Source: a virus
Taxonomy: Duplodnaviria > Caudoviricetes
Strand: one strand, 5' to 3'
DNA: 64,000 bases
Virus record (IMG/VR): IMGVR_UViG_3300044541_000019
Location: 130-64,129 of that record
Below the pieces are notes generated by a model. It worked only from the letters and a program-made list of their open reading frames with translations, searched no databases and was not told where the DNA came from. Positions 54,407 to 63,007 of the stretch are shown here, piece by piece. A program made the translations under genes and the position numbers. Every line of letters starts with the position of its first letter. The stretch's first letter is position 1.

Positions 54407-54477
54407 TGTCATGTTGCCCAATGGCAGGGCAACGGCCTATGGAGCCGTGGATCTGGGTTCGATTCCCAGCCTGACAA
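54407..54477 (+). tRNA. tRNA-like gene with ATG anticodon (His-type) and one acceptor-stem mismatch
   Basis: TGCCC/GGGCA D-stem; ACGGC-CTATGGA-GCCGT; CTGGG-TTCGATT-CCCAG. Confidence 0.6.
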
Positions 54478-54494
54478 AATCCTTAATCCTTATA

Positions 54495-54525
54495 GGGGCC
54501 GGTCGTCGGATATGCGACCGGCCCC
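54495..54525 (+). terminator. GC-rich hairpin closing the RNA cluster
   Basis: GGGGCCGGTCG...CGACCGGCCCC. Confidence 0.55.
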
Positions 54526-54545
54526 GCCTAAAACTGGAGGAGTAC

Positions 54546-54743
54546 GTGAAGACAGCAAATGCGGCCAAGGATCTCTGGTGCGAGTACCTGATCCTGCAAG
54601 GAAACATGCTCGCGAAGTGCGGCGTCCTGGCAGTGGGTTCAATCTCCGTACTGTCAGACGAGTACGGCGGCATCAGGCTCAGCCCACGATGCCGGGAGCA
54701 CCTCAACGAGTATCGGAGGCAGCGTGGAAACGTACACTCTTAA
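54546..54743 (+). CDS. small hypothetical protein, 65 aa
   Basis: GGAGGAG RBS before GTG 54546. Confidence 0.6.
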   Translation: MKTANAAKDLWCEYLILQGNMLAKCGVLAVGSISVLSDEYGGIRLSPRCREHLNEYRRQRGNVHS

Positions 54744-54996
54744 CACCGGACTCCTGCTGTACACCCATGATCGGGAGCACTGTTACGGACCGCCGTGCGT
54801 AGTCCACAGTCCGAGTGATCATCACATGCGTGACTGGCGTCAGCACTGGCGTGACGATCGCGGCATCATGGAGCGGCTCTGTGTACACGGCGTGGGTCAC
54901 CCTGATCCCGACGATCTCAAGGTAAGAATTGGATCGTGGGCTGAGGGCGTGCACGGCTGTGATGGCTGCTGCTTCAAACCGGACCACGTAGCGTAA
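54724..54996 (+). CDS. His/Cys-rich conserved phage protein (C.VH.PS.HHM...ER.C.HGVGHPDPD)
   Basis: ORF track; motif. Confidence 0.7.
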   Translation: METYTLNTGLLLYTHDREHCYGPPCVVHSPSDHHMRDWRQHWRDDRGIMERLCVHGVGHPDPDDLKVRIGSWAEGVHGCDGCCFKPDHVA

Positions 54997-55041
54997 GGCT
55001 TCCCCCACAGATCGGACGTCAAAGGCTGTGACGTCCTGATC

Positions 55042-55087
55042 CGCTCCCCCCGAACCAGGTCGTATCTGGGTCGGGGGGAGCGTTTTT
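55042..55087 (+). terminator. intrinsic terminator
   Basis: CGCTCCCCCCGA...TCGGGGGGAGCG-TTTTT. Confidence 0.8.
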
Positions 55088-55135
55088 GTCGTACCCCCTC
55101 GCTACTGTGCTTCTGTACGGAGGGAGGGGGAGTCT

Positions 55136-55567
55136 ATGATCCACAGTATGCCCACTGTTGATCAGCACGTCAGCCATGGCCGCAACCTGATACACACTGG
55201 AGGCCTGGCCATCCTGCGGTACCGACTGGGTCTGACCAGGTCAGCGATGGCAGAGATGCTCCACATGTCACCGATCACCTACAACAAGTGCGAAGACCCA
55301 GACATGGCCGGCAGGGTCTGGTCCAGCACCGCCGAGCGGCTCGGAAGGTTCTGCTGGCTTGCCGAGAATCACCTTGAACGTCTGCACCAGGAAGGCATCG
55401 AGGTATCCCAGCTGAGCCCGCTGCACGTCCTCGCCACCCAGTACGGCCTGCCCCAGGAACTCATCCTCAGCTGGTATCGCAGCGGGGAGCTGCCGGCCCT
55501 GGACCTCGGTGTGCTGGGTCTGTGGCTGCACAAGGAAGACGAACACCTGTTACTGGAGGCGGTATGA
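55136..55567 (+). CDS. XRE-like HTH DNA-binding protein with a second, possibly excisionase-like, HTH
   Basis: LRYRLGLTRSAMAEMLHMSPITYNKCE. Confidence 0.7.
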   Translation: MIHSMPTVDQHVSHGRNLIHTGGLAILRYRLGLTRSAMAEMLHMSPITYNKCEDPDMAGRVWSSTAERLGRFCWLAENHLERLHQEGIEVSQLSPLHVLATQYGLPQELILSWYRSGELPALDLGVLGLWLHKEDEHLLLEAV

Positions 55568-55770
55568 GGCCAACCGCCCTGAAGATCTCTTCACCGTGGT
55601 CTGGCGACGAGAACGATCCGATCCCGCACACGTACCGAGCCTGGTACGTGCTCTACCGCAGTACCCGCCAGATCCGTCACTGGTTCGGGCTGCACGACTC
55701 GGAACTGACCCGCATTGAAGACGCCAGTTGGCTGTACTGCACCTGGTGCGGGAAGCGAGGCGACGAGTGA
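55564..55770 (+). CDS. hypothetical protein, 68 aa, C-terminal CxxC
   Basis: ATGA coupling. Confidence 0.6.
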   Translation: MRPTALKISSPWSGDENDPIPHTYRAWYVLYRSTRQIRHWFGLHDSELTRIEDASWLYCTWCGKRGDE

Positions 55771-56612
55771 AGAAGCGCACCTGTCTCGTCTGTCAGAAGC
55801 CTCTCGCCGAGGTGCTGGTGGAGAACGTCCACCCGGCCTGCATTCTGTTCGATGACACACCGAGCGAGGACGCCTTAGCTCTCAGGTTGAAACGTCAACT
55901 CATCGAGATCATCAAGTGGGCTGACCGTAACAGCGCGCGGACACTGCAGAAGACGATCGGTCCGAGCGAGATTGGAGATCCCTGTGATCGTCGTATCGGT
56001 TACCGTATCGCCGAAGTCCCCGAGGTCAATGATCGGTTCGATCCGTGGGCGGCGGTGGTCGGCACATCCATACACTCGTGGCTTGACGACGCCATCAAGG
56101 CATGGGTGGTGGCGCATTCTTCAACTGCCTGGGTCTCGGAAACACCAGTGGTTCTCGATGGCTTCATACCGGGGACTTCTGATCTATTCAACATGGTCGA
56201 GTCCTGCGTCATCGACCATAAGGGAGCCGGCCCCTCGGTAATGAAGAAGGTGTTGAAGGACGGACCGTCGGCCGGGTACGTGGTCCAAGTACAGCTGTAT
56301 GGCTATGGGTACGAACAGCTGGGTCATGAGGTGAAGAAGGTGGCCCTGGCCTTCTATCCTCGCGCTGGCTGGTTGAAGGACATGTACGTGTGGACGGCCG
56401 ACTACGACCGAAGCGTGGCGCTTGGCGCCTTGGACCGTCTATCACGGATCGCAACAGAGGTAGTGAAACTGGAGGTATTGAAGGAGGGTCATGGACACAG
56501 ATGGGAGCAGATCGAGGCTGAGCCATCGGACCACTGTGGCTTCTGTCCTTGGTACGTGCCAGACAGGAACATGGAAGTAGGAGCCAATGAATACGGATGC
56601 CCAGGACGCTAA
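55767..56612 (+). CDS. Cas4-like / RecB-family PD-(D/E)xK exonuclease
   Basis: PSEIGDPCDRR, GTSIH, GTSD, IDHK, QVQLYG, CGFCPW...GCPG. Confidence 0.9.
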   Translation: MKKRTCLVCQKPLAEVLVENVHPACILFDDTPSEDALALRLKRQLIEIIKWADRNSARTLQKTIGPSEIGDPCDRRIGYRIAEVPEVNDRFDPWAAVVGTSIHSWLDDAIKAWVVAHSSTAWVSETPVVLDGFIPGTSDLFNMVESCVIDHKGAGPSVMKKVLKDGPSAGYVVQVQLYGYGYEQLGHEVKKVALAFYPRAGWLKDMYVWTADYDRSVALGALDRLSRIATEVVKLEVLKEGHGHRWEQIEAEPSDHCGFCPWYVPDRNMEVGANEYGCPGR

Positions 56613-56838
56613 TGACCGGGCTCGCCACCACCGCCTCTGGAACTTCAGTGGCACTCCCGTATCAGACGACGAGCTGGAGGCACGATTCACTGCACTACGT
56701 GATGACTTCCAGTATCTGAAGATCAGCTTCAACGAGGTAATTGAGCGAGTAGCAACACTCAATCAGAAACTGCAAAAACTGCGTGACGAATATCAGGCTC
56801 ACGTCTACTACCACGACCCCGATGAACCAGGAGAATGA
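56587..56838 (+). CDS. coiled-coil hypothetical protein
   Basis: ORF track. Confidence 0.6.
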   Translation: MNTDAQDANDRARHHRLWNFSGTPVSDDELEARFTALRDDFQYLKISFNEVIERVATLNQKLQKLRDEYQAHVYYHDPDEPGE

Positions 56839-57503
56839 CCATGGGACTCTTTGATGACGAAGCAGGAGGCGGGCGCCTCAACCCGGCCGACTGCATCGAG
56901 CACCGCTGTGCACGTCCGGGCGAACTCACTTGCGATTGCGTAGGACACCTTCTGCTGGTGTGGGCTGTCGACTACATCGAGCACAGCCCCACCAAGTACA
57001 GCAAGCCTGACAAGCAATCAGACGTAGTTGTCGTGGACGTAGTTGACTTGGATCAGCCCGACGAGGACGGCTACCAAGGGTTGATTGTGCGTAACGCTTG
57101 GTGGCGCAATGCTCGACTGATCGGTTTCATGAAGCCACGCATCGGCCGCCCCCGCCCGGTCATCGCGTGGATGGGTATGGGCATCGCCACCATGGGTAAG
57201 CCCCCGTACGAACTGCGGATGGCGGACAAGGATCCGTTCTCGGTGGAGCGAGCCACGGCGTGGTTCGCCGCGCACCCTGACTTTCGACCCACCGCGCGGC
57301 AAGGTAGAAACCCCGACGCGGAACGGATTCAATCTCAGCCTCCAGTGCAGCGAGAGTTGTCCCAACTGGAGAAGCTCGCAGCCTCCCGGGTCGCCGGCAG
57401 CAACGAACACCAGCAGAGCCTGCGTGATGCCGTTAGTCGACCAGTTAGTCAGCTGCCTCCAGCACGTCCGGTAGCGACTCAGGAACCAGAGCCGCCCTTC
57501 TAG
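56835..57503 (+). CDS. putative ssDNA-binding protein
   Basis: Beta-rich N-terminus; flexible C-terminus ending EPPF; lies between exonuclease and primase. Confidence 0.6.
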   Translation: MTMGLFDDEAGGGRLNPADCIEHRCARPGELTCDCVGHLLLVWAVDYIEHSPTKYSKPDKQSDVVVVDVVDLDQPDEDGYQGLIVRNAWWRNARLIGFMKPRIGRPRPVIAWMGMGIATMGKPPYELRMADKDPFSVERATAWFAAHPDFRPTARQGRNPDAERIQSQPPVQRELSQLEKLAASRVAGSNEHQQSLRDAVSRPVSQLPPARPVATQEPEPPF

Positions 57504-57520
57504 AGGACGTTGTAGGTGCG

Positions 57521-57559
57521 AAAGAAGCCGGAGCCCCCTACAGGCTCCGGCTTCTTTTT
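57521..57559 (+). terminator. intrinsic terminator
   Basis: AAAGAAGCCGGAGCC...GGCTCCGGCTTCTTTTT. Confidence 0.8.
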
Positions 57560-57700
57560 GACCACCACCGAGGAGTCGTGCTCTGGCCTACCGTACCGGC
57601 CTGGTCGGTGGCATGATCAGTGACCACGAGACTTCCTGAAAAGATCAGGGGACCCCGAGAAGTTCCACCACCCCAGGGTCCCCTATGAAAGGCGATCGAT

Positions 57701-60172
57701 GTGACGATATCAGAAGTCGCTTCCAAGTGGCAGTCCGCTGGCGTCTCTGTCGTCCCGATCCTCGCGAAGAACAAGCCTGCAGTCAGGTGGCGTGAGTATC
57801 AGTCACGTGTCCCAAACCTGGGTGAGGTCAGCGAATGGTGGGGTAACGGACATCCCTACGGAATTGCCATCATTTGTGGTGCAGTCTCTGGAAATCTGGA
57901 GATGACTGAGGTTGAGGGACGTGCCCTCAATGCTGATGCTTTGACTGATATAGCAAATGCTGCAGACTCGCTCGGGTGTGGCGATGCCTGGGACAAGGTC
58001 AGTACGGGATACACACAGTCCTCACCCAGCGGTGGCCTCCACATGGCGTACCGGATCAGTGATCAGGACGTACCGGGCAATACGAAGATTGCACACAATG
58101 AATCCGGCGAAGTGTTGGCAGAGACCCGAGGGGAGGGGGGATACTTTGTTTCGGCGCCCTCGCCTGGCAGTTGCCACCCTTCTGGCGAAGGTTGGCTCCT
58201 AGCCTCGGGGGAATACGGAACGCTCCCATCGATCACCTGGGAGCAACGGTGCCTCATTCATGAAGCGATTCGCACAGCGCTCGACGTGTCGTTACCCATC
58301 ATCTCATTCACGCCTCAACCCCAACTCCACGACTCTGCTACTCTCCCGGAAGTAGCCCCTCTCCGCGCAGCCTCCCCAGGTTCGTTAGCGACGCGAGGGG
58401 CTACTTCTTCCGTCAGCCCCGGCGATGATTGGGCCAGCCAGACCGACTGGAGCGACATCCTTGAACCCGCCGGCTGGACTCTGCTGCAACGCCAACGTGA
58501 CGGCGAGCGCATGTGGGTGCGTCCGGGCAAGAACGCCCGGGACGGTCACAGTGCCAGCACGGACTTCGAGGGCAAGCCTGGTCTGTACGTGTGGAGTACG
58601 TCAGCCGGCCTCGACACAGAGGTGCCGCTGACGAAGCTCTATGTCCACGCCCACTATGCCTTCAATGGGGACCTGAGCGCGTGCGCCCGGGATCTGGTAC
58701 GACGCGGGTACGGCTCGGTGGCTCAGCCTGACCTGACTCTCGGGGAACTTGAGATGGCTCACTCCCAGGAGGAGGTCAAGCCGGCCGAGGATCTTCACTT
58801 CAGCTTCGATGACATCGGCAACGCGATGCGGCTCTGGCACAAGGTGGGGGCCAACTTCAGGTATGTGTACGACGAGAAGGAGATGTACCGGTGGGGTGGG
58901 AAGGCCTGGGACCGGGAGCAGACCTTCGCTCTGATGCGCGAGTGGTCGACCATCACAGAGGAAATGGACAAGCAGGCTCGCGAGCAGGACAACGAGGCGC
59001 TGAAGAAATGGGCCAAGCTCTCGCGCAACCAGGCTCGGATCAACGCAGCTCTCGCGATCTTTCGGTCCATGGCCGGCGCCACCATCAACTCTACGGAGAT
59101 GGATCTGGCGCCGGACCGGGTGAACCTGCCGAACGGTACGTACAACCTGAAGACGAACACGTTGGAGCCGCACGACCGCGAACAGCTGATGACGCGGACC
59201 ATGCGAGCCAGTTACGACCCCAAGGCGACATGTCCCAAGTTCGACCGGTTCATGGAACAGGTCATACCTGATCCAGATGTGCGTGGGTATGTGCAACGGG
59301 CCGCTGCCTACTCCATGCTGGGTAAGGCTGACCACCGTGCCTTCTTCTTGATCTACGGTCCCAGCGGCACCGGGAAGTCCCAGTTCCTGTCCACAATGGA
59401 GTACGTCTTCGGCGGGTACGCCACTACGGCGGCCGAGGGAACCTTCCGAGTCAAGGAAGGTGGTGGCCCGAACAACGACCTGCATGGCTTGCGGCGTAAG
59501 CGTTTCGTGTCCACCTCCGAGACAGCCGAGAACGCCACCTTCAACGAGAACCTCCTAAAACGCCTCACCGGCCGGGACCAGGTTGTGTCCCGTGAGATGT
59601 ACCAGTCCAACGTGACCTGGACGCCTGAGTGCGCCCTGTGGCTCGCCACGAACCACCCGCCACGGTTCAACAGCGACGACGATGCGATCTGGAAGCGAGC
59701 CAAGCTGGTCCCGTTCGTGACCCGCTTCGGCACCGACGTACCCGAGATCCCTGACTTCGCCCGGGACCACCTGTACGCCGAGGCGGACGGCATCTTCAAC
59801 TGGCTACTGCAGGGCTTGGTCGACTTCCAGGCCAACGGCCTGAACGAGCCTGCCGGCGTCATGGAGGCAGCGGAGAAGCACCGCCAGCAGTCCGACTCGG
59901 TGGTCCGGTTCCTGGAGGATCAGATCGCGGACGGGAAGCTGGAGGAGGCCGAGGGTGCCTCGATCCGCACGTCGGAGCTGTTCGCCATGTATGAGGAATG
60001 GGGCAAGTCCTCCGGGGAGCGTGGACTAGGGCCACGCCGGTTCCTCAACCGACTGGAGTCCACCGGCCGGGCTCGGTACACCCAGACCAGCGCCCACAGT
60101 GTCTGGCGGGGGTTGCATCGATCGGGAGTCCTGGGTCCGTGGTCGACATATGTGGACAAGACCCTGCAATAG
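57701..60172 (+). CDS. bifunctional primase-polymerase fused to D5/P4-type SF3 helicase
   Basis: N-terminal prim-pol (VPI...K.P...W..YQ; S.SGGLH; ETRGEGGY.V.APS); Walker A YGPSGTGKS; SE/LKRLTGRD. Confidence 0.95.
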   Translation: MTISEVASKWQSAGVSVVPILAKNKPAVRWREYQSRVPNLGEVSEWWGNGHPYGIAIICGAVSGNLEMTEVEGRALNADALTDIANAADSLGCGDAWDKVSTGYTQSSPSGGLHMAYRISDQDVPGNTKIAHNESGEVLAETRGEGGYFVSAPSPGSCHPSGEGWLLASGEYGTLPSITWEQRCLIHEAIRTALDVSLPIISFTPQPQLHDSATLPEVAPLRAASPGSLATRGATSSVSPGDDWASQTDWSDILEPAGWTLLQRQRDGERMWVRPGKNARDGHSASTDFEGKPGLYVWSTSAGLDTEVPLTKLYVHAHYAFNGDLSACARDLVRRGYGSVAQPDLTLGELEMAHSQEEVKPAEDLHFSFDDIGNAMRLWHKVGANFRYVYDEKEMYRWGGKAWDREQTFALMREWSTITEEMDKQAREQDNEALKKWAKLSRNQARINAALAIFRSMAGATINSTEMDLAPDRVNLPNGTYNLKTNTLEPHDREQLMTRTMRASYDPKATCPKFDRFMEQVIPDPDVRGYVQRAAAYSMLGKADHRAFFLIYGPSGTGKSQFLSTMEYVFGGYATTAAEGTFRVKEGGGPNNDLHGLRRKRFVSTSETAENATFNENLLKRLTGRDQVVSREMYQSNVTWTPECALWLATNHPPRFNSDDDAIWKRAKLVPFVTRFGTDVPEIPDFARDHLYAEADGIFNWLLQGLVDFQANGLNEPAGVMEAAEKHRQQSDSVVRFLEDQIADGKLEEAEGASIRTSELFAMYEEWGKSSGERGLGPRRFLNRLESTGRARYTQTSAHSVWRGLHRSGVLGPWSTYVDKTLQ

Positions 60173-60190
60173 CCGTGGATCACCGGGGAG

Positions 60191-60220
60191 TTGGCATTCC
60201 CAGCCCCCCCGTAGTACTGT
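60191..60220 (+). promoter_or_regulatory. promoter TTGGCA-18-TACTGT for the ParB-like pair
   Basis: Read directly; C-rich spacer. Confidence 0.6.
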
Positions 60221-60279
60221 TCGTGGAGTGAGAGAAACCTAAGTACCTCACCTTCCACGAAGTAGGAGATTCATGAGCG

Positions 60280-61107
60280 ATGCATAAACCACTCATGGTC
60301 CCCATTGAATCGATCATTACAGAGCGCTCCCTGGAACACGGGGATGACCTGACAGACCTGACGAATAACATCTTCTCGGGGAAACTCAAGCGTCCCATTC
60401 TTGTCGACGAGAACATGAAACTCCTCGACGGATTACGGCGGCTCACAGCCCTGAAAAGCCTGGGTGCCGAAAAGGTTCAAATAGCTCTGTCGACTTCACT
60501 GGAGGACACCTGCGAAGAAATAGCCAAGACAGTCAAGCACGGAGTCCTGGCTTCGCCTCCTAGTCCACATAGGACTTGGGCACTTTTCCAGGACACCAAG
60601 GAACAGCAGAAAGATCGTGGTATCCGAATGCGCAAGCGTCGCGTCGGCATACCACGTGGCACAGTCCTAGAACCAGTACCCCGGACTCGCACCATGATGA
60701 ACGAGGCGCTGGGACTTGGGCCAGGAGAGTCTTACCTGGCCTCGGTCACCTACCTGTATAGCCACTTCCTGAACAACACTGACCCCGGTCTAGCACTAGG
60801 CCTGGCCGACATCCGGGCTCGCCTGGAGCACCACCAGTTGTCTGTCTATGAGGCACGGGGCGCAGTGGACAGGCTCAGGTCAAGTGGACTGACAGGAGAC
60901 ATTGTCAGTGTTGCTGCTCAGCGCGATGCTCTTGCTACCGCACTGTCACAGCTGTCTGGAATGAATAAGGGAGTGACCCGAATCGGGGAACTGAACCCTG
61001 AAATCAACCAGGCTGAACTACTCGCCTACATCAAGAGTTTCGAACAAGGAAAGCGTGCCCTACACGCCTTCATCAACACCCTCAAGAAAAGGATCAGTAA
61101 GGAATGA
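60280..61107 (+). CDS. ParB/Srx N-terminal domain protein
   Basis: L..SI...L.RPILVD....LLDGLRRLTAL (GxRRxxA box). Confidence 0.8.
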   Translation: MHKPLMVPIESIITERSLEHGDDLTDLTNNIFSGKLKRPILVDENMKLLDGLRRLTALKSLGAEKVQIALSTSLEDTCEEIAKTVKHGVLASPPSPHRTWALFQDTKEQQKDRGIRMRKRRVGIPRGTVLEPVPRTRTMMNEALGLGPGESYLASVTYLYSHFLNNTDPGLALGLADIRARLEHHQLSVYEARGAVDRLRSSGLTGDIVSVAAQRDALATALSQLSGMNKGVTRIGELNPEINQAELLAYIKSFEQGKRALHAFINTLKKRISKE

Positions 61108-61919
61108 GTAAAGCCACCGAGGTGTTCGAAGACCTCGATCTTCCAGTGAATGAGCTGGAAATCGACCGTCGCGTTCAGCGAACGGGCATCAATCTGGCGA
61201 AGGTTGCCAGGATGGTCAAGAACTACAACCCCGCTGCGGTCGGCACGATCACTGTGTCAGTGCGCAAGGACCGCTCCAAGATCATCATAGATGGTCAGCA
61301 CCGCTGGGAAGCCACCCGCCGGGTAACGGACAACGCGGGCACCATCAATGCCCACGTGTTCCACGGCCTGACCCTGGCCGAGGAAGCACAGATGTTCCTC
61401 GACTTGAACGACACCACGCAGCCTCCGGTGATCGACAAGTTCAAGGTCAGCCTGAACACGGACGGCCCTGAAGGTGACACAGCCCGCGATATCCAGGAGA
61501 TCCTGGGGAACTACGGCTGGACCATCAGCAACATCCCCGCCAACGGCAACGTCAACTGCGTCAAGGTCGTAGAGCGCGTGTACGCCCTGTCCCAGAAGAT
61601 CGAAGCCGACCCGAGCCTCATCCAGGTCACCATCCTGGTTGTCACCCGGGCCTGGGGCAACGACCGGTTCGGCGCACAGGGTCCTGTCTTCGAAGGCATC
61701 GCCCGGATGTTCGCCGAGTACGGCAGCCGGCTCGATCTGGACCGCCTGATCGACGTCATGAAGTCCTTCGCCGGACCTCGTGCGCTGATCGCTGAGGCCA
61801 CCGGCCTCGCGGCCATCCGTAAGGGCAAGGTGTCCATGGGCGTCGCAGAGATGCTGGTGGAGGCCTACAACAAGGGCCGCCGCTCGCGTCAGCTGGAGGC
61901 CTGGAGGGCTCGGCGGTAA
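61104..61919 (+). CDS. second ParB-like protein (DGQHR / DUF6551 type)
   Basis: IDRRVQR...G.ITVS.R....IIDGQHRWEA...EEAQMF..LN. Confidence 0.8.
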   Translation: MSKATEVFEDLDLPVNELEIDRRVQRTGINLAKVARMVKNYNPAAVGTITVSVRKDRSKIIIDGQHRWEATRRVTDNAGTINAHVFHGLTLAEEAQMFLDLNDTTQPPVIDKFKVSLNTDGPEGDTARDIQEILGNYGWTISNIPANGNVNCVKVVERVYALSQKIEADPSLIQVTILVVTRAWGNDRFGAQGPVFEGIARMFAEYGSRLDLDRLIDVMKSFAGPRALIAEATGLAAIRKGKVSMGVAEMLVEAYNKGRRSRQLEAWRARR

Positions 61920-62176
61920 TGAGCCAGGAACGCCTCACCGACGATGAGATCGTGGCCATGACTCAGCAGTACGACCAGACGCGCCAGGGTGAGTACGTGA
62001 CCCACCTGGCCTACGCTGAGATCAACCGGCAGGGCGCGGCAGGTAGGCAGTGGGGCAAGTGCGCCAACTGCGGCAACCCGTACCCGTGGGACAAGGAAGG
62101 ATCTGGAGACACAGTCTGCGGTCCTGAATGCTTCCAGGCGTACGTGGCCTACCTGAATGACCCAGAGTTCCGGTAG
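61919..62176 (+). CDS. hypothetical protein with CANC...CGPEC Zn-finger-like motif
   Basis: TAATG coupling. Confidence 0.65.
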   Translation: MSQERLTDDEIVAMTQQYDQTRQGEYVTHLAYAEINRQGAAGRQWGKCANCGNPYPWDKEGSGDTVCGPECFQAYVAYLNDPEFR

Positions 62177-62181
62177 CAACG

Positions 62182-62217
62182 AAGAAGCCCCCCACCTGTG
62201 AAGGTGGGGGGCTTCTT
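62182..62217. terminator. bidirectional terminator
   Basis: AAGAAGCCCCCCACCT-GTGA-AGGTGGGGGGCTTCTT between convergent genes. Confidence 0.85.
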
Positions 62218-62249
62218 GCTGGGGCCACCCCTGTGGACCAGGGGTCAGG

Positions 62250-62900
62250 TTACGCGGTCGCCGGTTCGGTGTCACGTAAGGCCTTCAGCTCCTTCAGCAC
62301 GCCGTACACGTAGCTCGGCGTCGCATCAACCTTGGCTGCGATCTGCGCCGGCTTCCACTCGGGGAACCGGTTGTAGATCTCTGCGATCTGCTGCTTCTTA
62401 CTGACTACCTCGGCCTTGACCCGGATAGGTGCATCGGGGTCACGCGGCTTGTACGTGGTGACCTTGTCGCCATCCAGATGGGCCAGGAGTTGGCGCACCT
62501 TCACGTTCAGGTCCAGCAGCGAGATCGAGGCGTACAACATGAAGCCGTCGATACCGATGGGCAGCAGGTAGGAGGTCTGGATGTCCTTCGCGTAGGTGAA
62601 GAACGCCTCCTGCTGGTGCCAGTAGCTCAACCAGGCGTTGATACCAGAAATGATGATCATTCCCAGCGGTCGGAGTAGCCGGAAGGTCCAGTGCGAATCC
62701 TCGCGGAGTGGGATACGTGATCCCAGCTCCAGCGCGAACAGCAGCAGGATCGGTGACATGACGTTGATGGCGATGGCTTGTGGGGTGCGCTCGGCGTGGA
62801 GGAAGTTGCCCCACACGCTGACGCCGCTGGCAGCCACAATGGCCGCCCGGCAGGCCCAGCGAAGCCCGTTCAGGTTGGAAATCTTCTTTTGGATGTCCAT
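62250..62900 (-). CDS. DUF2637/SpdA-like multi-TM membrane protein with C-terminal HTH
   Basis: Four TM segments (WGN..HA, AW.SY.H, LLPIGIDG); KPAQIAAKVDATPSYVYGVL HTH. Confidence 0.7.
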   Translation of the reverse strand: MDIQKKISNLNGLRWACRAAIVAASGVSVWGNFLHAERTPQAIAINVMSPILLLFALELGSRIPLREDSHWTFRLLRPLGMIIISGINAWLSYWHQQEAFFTYAKDIQTSYLLPIGIDGFMLYASISLLDLNVKVRQLLAHLDGDKVTTYKPRDPDAPIRVKAEVVSKKQQIAEIYNRFPEWKPAQIAAKVDATPSYVYGVLKELKALRDTEPATA

Positions 62901-62959
62901 GACAAAACTCCCTCTCGGGTAGGTGAAAACTGAGGTTACCGACGAATGCCGGTAACCCC

Positions 62960-62989
62960 ATCCTACCCTCAGGGAGGGGTGGGGTGCAA
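62960..62989 (-). promoter_or_regulatory. promoter TTGCAC-18-TAGGAT with CCCACCCCTCCCTGAGGG spacer
   Basis: Read directly; upstream of 62250..62900. Confidence 0.7.
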
Positions 62990-63007
62990 GGGTTGAAGAT
63001 CAAGTAG

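Noticed and set aside
55767-56612. Cas4-like nuclease as the spacer-acquisition part of the RAMP system
   Set aside because: Solo Cas4-like exonucleases are common in actinophage replication modules; it sits with SSB and primase, 45 kb from the RAMP gene. A link is not excluded but is unsupported
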